Source: an uncultured Candidatus Saccharibacteria bacterium
GTDB lineage: Bacteria; Patescibacteriota; Saccharimonadia; Saccharimonadales; Saccharimonadaceae
Length of the DNA stretch: 55,981 nt
Reading direction: 5' to 3'
Assembly (NCBI GenBank): GCA_947304075.1
Contig: CAMYZY010000001.1
Span: forward strand, 1 to 55,981
The notes beneath the pieces were generated by a model that worked only from the letters and a program-made list of their open reading frames with translations, searched no databases and was not told where the DNA came from. Positions 50,307 to 55,981 of the stretch are shown in pieces. The position numbers were made by a program, and so were the translations under genes. Numbering within the stretch: the stretch's first letter is position 1; each line of letters starts with the position of its first letter.

Positions 50307-51473
50307 CTACTCCACCCTCATAATCTCAAGCATCCGCCCATCAATAATCTCAATCGTAAATTTCTCCAAACACATTTGGTACGATTTATCACCCATCTTC
50401 TGTAAATCAGACCCATGCTCTATCATATAAATCATTTTATCAGCGAGATCTTTGGCACGTTTTACTTTAACAAAATAACCATTTTCCCCTTCAACAATAG
50501 TCTCACGACAACCCGGTGTATTAGTCGTAAGAATTGGCCTTCCCATCGCCATCGCTTCAAGTAGAGTCCTAGGAATTCCTTCGCGATAATATGTTGGCAA
50601 TACAAACACACTACACTCGCCAACATATTTTTCGACATGATTTGTTTCGGGAATATATTTAATTACTCCTTCATCTATAAAAGGCTTTAATTCCTCCATA
50701 TTAATTGCGTTTTTGTTCTTATCAATTGCGCCAATGTAGGCAAATTCTGCATCTGGGTATTTTTCCTTAACAATCTTCGCGGCTTTAAAATATTCCAATA
50801 CGCCCTTTTCTTTTATAACGCGCGAAACCATCAAAAAACTAACTTTATCCTTAGGCAAGTTGTTACGAGAAAACTTCTTTAAGTTCACACCCGAACCATT
50901 CACGAGCTCACATTGACTGCGTTTAACTAATTCCCTAGCCACAAATTCATTTATATCGTCACGATTTTGGAAGATAACTTTTTTGTTATACTTCAAAGCA
51001 TATTTATATAAATGACTGCCAACGAATCTCAAAATATGCATCTTTAATGTATCAGAAGAAAAGATCATGCCGAGCCCACAAATCAGTGAATAAATCTCTT
51101 TTACTCCAACACGATTTGCGGCAATGGAGCCAAAAATTACTGGCTTAATTGTAAATGAAAAGACTTTGTCTGGTGCTTCTTCTTTTATAATTTTTTTGAG
51201 GTTACGATAATACGAAAACGCGCCAAATACTGATAAAGAATTCTTATTCAAATTAACTAAGCGCACCTTGATGCCATTTTGCTTGAAGAAGTCCTTATCC
51301 ACATTTTCTGGAACAACTACGACAACTTCATAACCTTTTTTCTTGATATCACAAAGCAAATCGCCACGAAAGTTCACCACTGCTTTAGTTTTAGGGCCAA
51401 CCATCAAAAACTTCTTTGCTGTTGCCGAAAGATTAGCATTATCTATAGTTTTTCTCGCATTATTTTTTGGCAT
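50307..51473 (-). CDS. GT4 glycosyltransferase (PglA/CapM-like)
   Basis: FTIKPVIFG, FQN.DD, NGSGV, YREGIPRTLLEAMAMG. Confidence 0.9.
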   Translation of the reverse strand: MPKNNARKTIDNANLSATAKKFLMVGPKTKAVVNFRGDLLCDIKKKGYEVVVVVPENVDKDFFKQNGIKVRLVNLNKNSLSVFGAFSYYRNLKKIIKEEAPDKVFSFTIKPVIFGSIAANRVGVKEIYSLICGLGMIFSSDTLKMHILRFVGSHLYKYALKYNKKVIFQNRDDINEFVARELVKRSQCELVNGSGVNLKKFSRNNLPKDKVSFLMVSRVIKEKGVLEYFKAAKIVKEKYPDAEFAYIGAIDKNKNAINMEELKPFIDEGVIKYIPETNHVEKYVGECSVFVLPTYYREGIPRTLLEAMAMGRPILTTNTPGCRETIVEGENGYFVKVKRAKDLADKMIYMIEHGSDLQKMGDKSYQMCLEKFTIEIIDGRMLEIMRVE

Positions 51474-51506
51474 ATTGCTCCACGATATAAAAATACCACT
51501 ATATAT

Positions 51507-51535
51507 AATATATATGTTATCCCCCCAAAAGTCAA
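51507..51535 (-). promoter_or_regulatory. Putative promoter of the polysaccharide operon with a G6 tract in the spacer
   Basis: TTGACT-N17(TTTGGGGGGATAACATA)-TATATT. Confidence 0.5.
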
Positions 51536-51548
51536 TTATGCTTATACC

Positions 51549-51594
51549 AAAATTCAGCCGGCAACGACCCCACCAATCGTCACCGACTAAAATT
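51549..51594 (-). terminator. Long G-U-rich hairpin/terminator after the adhesin gene
   Basis: 17-bp stem with 6 G-U pairs that forms only on the minus-strand RNA. Confidence 0.65.
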
Positions 51595-51605
51595 ATATTT
51601 AGTAT

Positions 51606-54600
51606 TTACTTCTTGCGCCTGATTGCCACAGTTGCTAAGATTGGCATTCCAACTAGCGTCATCATCACCACAGCTAAACCTGCCGCCAATGTGTTTTCGC
51701 AAGTCACATTGCCGCCACCACGCACGCCAGTAAACCTACCTGTCTCCGGTGCTGGTGGAATGATATCGCCACCACATCCACCTTCCGCACATGGATCGTC
51801 TAATTCATGATAATTTATGAATAATGTTCCGTATTCATCGTTATACATTTCTAATTGTTCATATTCATCCGATTCCAAAATCTCTTCTGCGGTATAAACA
51901 ATCACTTCTGCATACTCATCCGCATACGGCAATCCTTCCCACACAAAACCCCAGATATCTCCAGTCACATAATCTTCATCTTCTTCGTCGATGATATAAG
52001 CATCATTCATCGTCAAATCAATCGTATCGATTATCTCGTCGTTTGCGAGTAGGTTAATCGTCAGTTTTTCTGGACGTTCGCCATCCTTATCATGTGCATC
52101 TTCCCAGATTTTATCCACGTAATACATAATTCTGTCTACTTCATATTCGTTCGTAATTTCAAATACAATCTCATCGTCCTTTTCAACCTTCTTTTCAACA
52201 TCATTATCACCTAAGACAGTTAATTCAAAGTTTTCTACATCAGCATTACCTTCTGTCACTGTATAATTGCCAGTTGGAATTCTGCCTGCTACTTTACAGG
52301 TAATTGTTCCGTTAGAAATCGTACAATCTTCAGAAGCTTTCAAAGTCATCGTACCCTTTTCACCAAAGTCTTCTGGCCCAGTTACTGCAAATTCAAGATC
52401 TGTTAAAACACTCGCAGATACACCAGTCACGGTCTTTTTAATCGTCAATGATTCTGCCAAACTTCGCTTGTTTACTACCGTCAAAGTCTTGCTTACATCA
52501 TCCCAAGCATATTTATCGCTTCCAGTCTTAGCAAACGTACAAGTTTTTGTATAAGTATTGATTAAAGTATCGCTATCGGCACCTGTAAACGAGCTGGTAC
52601 AACTTACAGTCAAAGTTGCCGACTCTTCTATAAGATCATATCCTTCCACAGTTTCTTTTTCGCTGATAGCAAATTGGAAACTTTCTTCTTTTTCAGTAGA
52701 TGTGACCGGCACACTCTTTGAAGCCAAGCCATCAGAATCAGTTGTCTTTTCTCTATCGCCAACGTTAAACGTCACTCCTTCCATTGGCTTATAGTCTTCA
52801 TCGACTTTCTTAATATAGAAAGCTTTTGCACCATCATAGATTATTTCGTCTTCAGCTTCTGTCCAAGTATTTGTTACTTCAAAACCAGCAACGCTCTTGG
52901 TCCATAAACCTTTAATTATCTCACCATCATAAACTATGATCGTACTCTCATTATCACCAAACTGAGCATTACCAATTCCCGACTCCTGCACAAAGTATCT
53001 AATTGTCTTTTTGTCCTTATTTTTTGGTAACTTAGTAAATGTATAACTCCAATCATTAGCCTCTGATACTTCTGCTGGACTATCCACCAACCAACTTATA
53101 ACTTCACCTTCATCATTTGTAATCTCACCATGAAGCTCTAAGAGTATTGATGCAGGTCGCGCCAAATCATTTCCATCTCCATCCCATTTTTTCTGTACCG
53201 TTATTTCACCAGTATTATTATATAATTCTGAAACATGGGTATTTGTAATCACGAATCCTTTTTCAGCATCGCCAACATGAGATTCAGCATAACCATTAAT
53301 TGTGCCTTCTACAACGTCATATTCGATTTCTTGCCCCTGCTTAAACTGGTACATATTAGGCACCACTACACACCACGATTCACATACATCTTTCACACTG
53401 TCGCTTTCTTTTATTGTCAAAGGCACATCACTGTCGCCACCCTTTAGTGTTACATTAATTTCATCAGGACGCAAGTTATCATTATCTTCATCATCGTCCC
53501 ACACTTTTTTAATCAAAATATTAACTTTTGCTGGTGTATGATTGTTAGTAACATTAAGCGATTCTTCATCTTCCACCGTAAAGGCATCTTCCGGCAACCC
53601 TACCGCATTGTATCCAATAAATTCTGATTCTTCGACGCCATAGTTGATTTCTTTACCATTATTAAACTTAGGCAAAGGCGTAAACTCGATTACGATGTCG
53701 TCAATCAAGCTACTAGATCTTTTGCAAGTTTTTTGATAAACAACTACTCCATCAACTTTACCAGTCACACAAAACTCTACTTGCTTATTTTCGGTTCTCA
53801 AACCATCACGATTATTCTCATCATTCCAATTTTTATTCACCGTAATTTTTACCGTTGCTGGCTCGTGTGTATTAGTAATCACATTATTTGCACCTATTTC
53901 CGTAGTATAGTCGTCATCAATGCTAATCTCACCATTATTACCGTCAAATTCCTGTCTACAAACCACTCCATTATTCGAACTAGAACAGTTCAAACCTTCG
54001 ACAATCTTGTATGAAATCGGTTCACCATTACGATTTTTTGGTAAATCACTAATCGTAATTAATTGGTTGTCTTCCCCAGTAATTTCTGCAAAAGCTACAT
54101 TCTTGTTACCATCTTTTACTACCAAATATAATTTATTGTTGTAATTTTTACGTAGACCATCCTGGTCACCACCATCATCCCAAGTTTTAGTCGCAGATAC
54201 ACTAACAGTCTCATACTTATTCTTAATCGTTACGTCAATATGATCCGCATGCTGTTCATTAATCGTAAAGTTATTTCCGGTATACGAAACCAAATAGTTC
54301 TCAAATTTCACTGGATTGTTCGCATTCGTCCCAATTTCTGTCAAAGAGTAATTTCCAATCGGAAAAGCTTCTACAATTCTATGAGTTTTACCAGCTTCCA
54401 CAGTATAATCTGTAGCTTTCACACCTTCTGGATGTTCAATTCTGAAAGTAAATACACAGTCTCCATCGGTGCAAGTTTGGCCCTCAATCTCTTTTTTCAC
54501 ATTCACGAAAAATGGCTTTACATACGGCACTGGGAATGCACCAGTTTGGTCATTATTGTACGTCAAAGTTGCATTTTTATTTAGTGGATGAAACCCATCC

Positions 54601-55766
54601 GTGCTGTTTTCGTCCAAAATATGTTCATTTGCTTCTACATCATAGCTATATTCTGCCCAGTAAATCTTCTTCTCTGCATCATAAGTAAATTTTGGTTTCC
54701 AATCTAACTCGGTAGAATGTTCTGCGTTCTCTACAATTACACCTTCACCCATCACATCATGCACGTTCGCCGAATTAATCGCCGCCATGATTTTTCCTGT
54801 AATTTTATCAAACACTTCATCCAGTTCACCATCGTCTGCTTCATAATAATGCTCACTACTACTCGCCATCTCGCCTAAAATTGCTTCGCCGTTTGTACCA
54901 GCTTCCACAGCAATCGTGTACAAATCACCAATTTTAAGAGCCTTATAATAGCCAGCTTCAGCTATCGCCGAATTGCCGTGATTATAATACTTAGGGCACG
55001 GATACGAATTAGTCGCACAAGTTCTCATACCATTACCAGAGCCGGCTCTCGTACTATAATCACCAAACACCGACTGAGCCACATCTTTGCTAGTTTGAAG
55101 TGCATTGTTCCCAAATGTACTATAAGCCACAAAATTATCGTCGTCCGCCAAAGCATCGCTCGTAAAAGCATAGCTATAAGACGGTTCACCATCTGACAAC
55201 AAAACAATATTTTTAATATCAGCTGTCGAAGTCTTAAGTAGTTCAGTTGCAGTATGCATCCCAGCTTGAGTATGAGTACCAGCGCTTAGGGTTGAAGTAG
55301 CTGCAATTGCCGATTTCACCGATGGTTCTGTAGAATTTTCATCATCATAATTATGAGAGAATCCTACTCTAGTCGTCACCGAACCATTAAACGAAACTAC
55401 CGCAATTCTATTAGTGGTATTCCCGTCCGGGAGCAATTCCTGAGCCAAAGTCTGCGCCGCCGAAACAGCCTCACCAATTCTGCCATTTGCGCTCATACTA
55501 TTCGAATTATCAATTACCAGCACTGTATCAGACTTAGTTTCAATCACAGGCGTTTCTATTCTAAGCGTTACACGCCACATATTAGCATATCCAGGTACGC
55601 TGGCCGCTGTTTTATATAACTTTGCACCATTGCTTAGTACAGTCGGACCTTCTGGATTCCGCACCGTCGGATCATTTTCATCCGCCATTACTGGTATTGT
55701 TCCCCCAAGACTAGAACCCACCATCACTAGCGCCATTATTGCCGCAAGCAATCTCTTCACTTTCAT
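51606..55766 (-). CDS. Cell-wall-anchored vWA + CnaB-repeat adhesin
   Basis: Signal peptide; MIDAS DNSNS..T..LSDG; five K.W.D...D..R(P)-type CnaB repeats; APETG + TM + RRKK C-terminus. Confidence 0.9.
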   Translation of the reverse strand: MKVKRLLAAIMALVMVGSSLGGTIPVMADENDPTVRNPEGPTVLSNGAKLYKTAASVPGYANMWRVTLRIETPVIETKSDTVLVIDNSNSMSANGRIGEAVSAAQTLAQELLPDGNTTNRIAVVSFNGSVTTRVGFSHNYDDENSTEPSVKSAIAATSTLSAGTHTQAGMHTATELLKTSTADIKNIVLLSDGEPSYSYAFTSDALADDDNFVAYSTFGNNALQTSKDVAQSVFGDYSTRAGSGNGMRTCATNSYPCPKYYNHGNSAIAEAGYYKALKIGDLYTIAVEAGTNGEAILGEMASSSEHYYEADDGELDEVFDKITGKIMAAINSANVHDVMGEGVIVENAEHSTELDWKPKFTYDAEKKIYWAEYSYDVEANEHILDENSTDGFHPLNKNATLTYNNDQTGAFPVPYVKPFFVNVKKEIEGQTCTDGDCVFTFRIEHPEGVKATDYTVEAGKTHRIVEAFPIGNYSLTEIGTNANNPVKFENYLVSYTGNNFTINEQHADHIDVTIKNKYETVSVSATKTWDDGGDQDGLRKNYNNKLYLVVKDGNKNVAFAEITGEDNQLITISDLPKNRNGEPISYKIVEGLNCSSSNNGVVCRQEFDGNNGEISIDDDYTTEIGANNVITNTHEPATVKITVNKNWNDENNRDGLRTENKQVEFCVTGKVDGVVVYQKTCKRSSSLIDDIVIEFTPLPKFNNGKEINYGVEESEFIGYNAVGLPEDAFTVEDEESLNVTNNHTPAKVNILIKKVWDDDEDNDNLRPDEINVTLKGGDSDVPLTIKESDSVKDVCESWCVVVPNMYQFKQGQEIEYDVVEGTINGYAESHVGDAEKGFVITNTHVSELYNNTGEITVQKKWDGDGNDLARPASILLELHGEITNDEGEVISWLVDSPAEVSEANDWSYTFTKLPKNKDKKTIRYFVQESGIGNAQFGDNESTIIVYDGEIIKGLWTKSVAGFEVTNTWTEAEDEIIYDGAKAFYIKKVDEDYKPMEGVTFNVGDREKTTDSDGLASKSVPVTSTEKEESFQFAISEKETVEGYDLIEESATLTVSCTSSFTGADSDTLINTYTKTCTFAKTGSDKYAWDDVSKTLTVVNKRSLAESLTIKKTVTGVSASVLTDLEFAVTGPEDFGEKGTMTLKASEDCTISNGTITCKVAGRIPTGNYTVTEGNADVENFELTVLGDNDVEKKVEKDDEIVFEITNEYEVDRIMYYVDKIWEDAHDKDGERPEKLTINLLANDEIIDTIDLTMNDAYIIDEEDEDYVTGDIWGFVWEGLPYADEYAEVIVYTAEEILESDEYEQLEMYNDEYGTLFINYHELDDPCAEGGCGGDIIPPAPETGRFTGVRGGGNVTCENTLAAGLAVVMMTLVGMPILATVAIRRKK

Positions 55767-55849
55767 TTATTACTCCTTCGCTAATATTGCCGCCATTATA
55801 TCATGCGTGTCAAACAGGGGCAACGATAAGCACTTTCCAAAAAACACAA

Positions 55850-55875
55850 AAAAATAACCCCGAAGGGTTATTTTT
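55850..55875 (-). terminator. Intrinsic terminator downstream of rpsH (UUCG loop)
   Basis: Minus strand AAAAATAACCC-TTCG-GGGTTATTTTT. Confidence 0.8.
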
Positions 55876-55877
55876 CT

Positions 55878-55906
55878 ATTATATCACAGATATAATATTT
55901 TGTCAA
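55878..55906 (-). promoter_or_regulatory. Consensus sigma70 promoter immediately after rpsH
   Basis: TTGACA(55901-55906)-N17-TATAAT(55878-55883), TG extension. Confidence 0.7.
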
Positions 55907-55917
55907 ATATATATCTG

Positions 55918-55981
55918 TTACCAAACCTTCACCAAAATCTCACCACCGAGACGATTCTTCTTTGCTTCCTTGCCGGTCATT
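55918..55981 (-). CDS. rpsH: 30S ribosomal protein uS8, C-terminal end (partial)
   Basis: Manual translation MTGKEAKKNRLGGEILVKVW* matches the uS8 C-terminus (MT..EA....GGE....VW). Confidence 0.88.
   Translation of the reverse strand, partial: MTGKEAKKNRLGGEILVKVW

Noticed and set aside
2514..55766. Genome-wide TAG or TGA reassignment
   Set aside because: All long genes except metG are open under code 11, and TAG/TGA terminate genes at expected ends
37553..55917. Island as an autonomous mobile element
   Set aside because: No integrase, transposase, tRNA target or flanking direct repeats were seen

Overview
Gene-dense bacterial chromosome segment with almost all genes on the minus strand (only an aquaporin and ldh are on +). 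It is most consistent with a Patescibacteria/Saccharibacteria (TM7)-type genome; this is an inference from the absence of rpmD between rpsE and rplO, divergent core proteins and compact intergenic regions. The spc-alpha ribosomal gene order (rpsH - rplF rplR rpsE rplO - secY - infA) is collinear but split three times: by an ~18 kb vWA/CnaB adhesin plus Wzx/Wzy polysaccharide island, by a ~33 kb block of core genes (metG, pheST, ftsEX, leuS, rpmF, nusB, rnc, rpsP, khpA, rpoBC), and by a class F-like sortase. Main points of interest: metG carries two in-frame TAG codons 15 nt apart in an otherwise intact frame; RpoC lacks the Cys ligands of both zinc sites and bL32 is also Cys-free; a ~240 nt nested inverted-repeat rod with a 50-bp tandem duplication lies between rpoC and secY; a candidate ~90 nt sRNA with its own promoter and terminator is divergent from rpoB; there are self-contained orphan cassettes, including an unannotated 43-aa ORF; and many genes look leaderless. 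No CRISPR array, tRNA, rRNA, transposase or integrase was seen.
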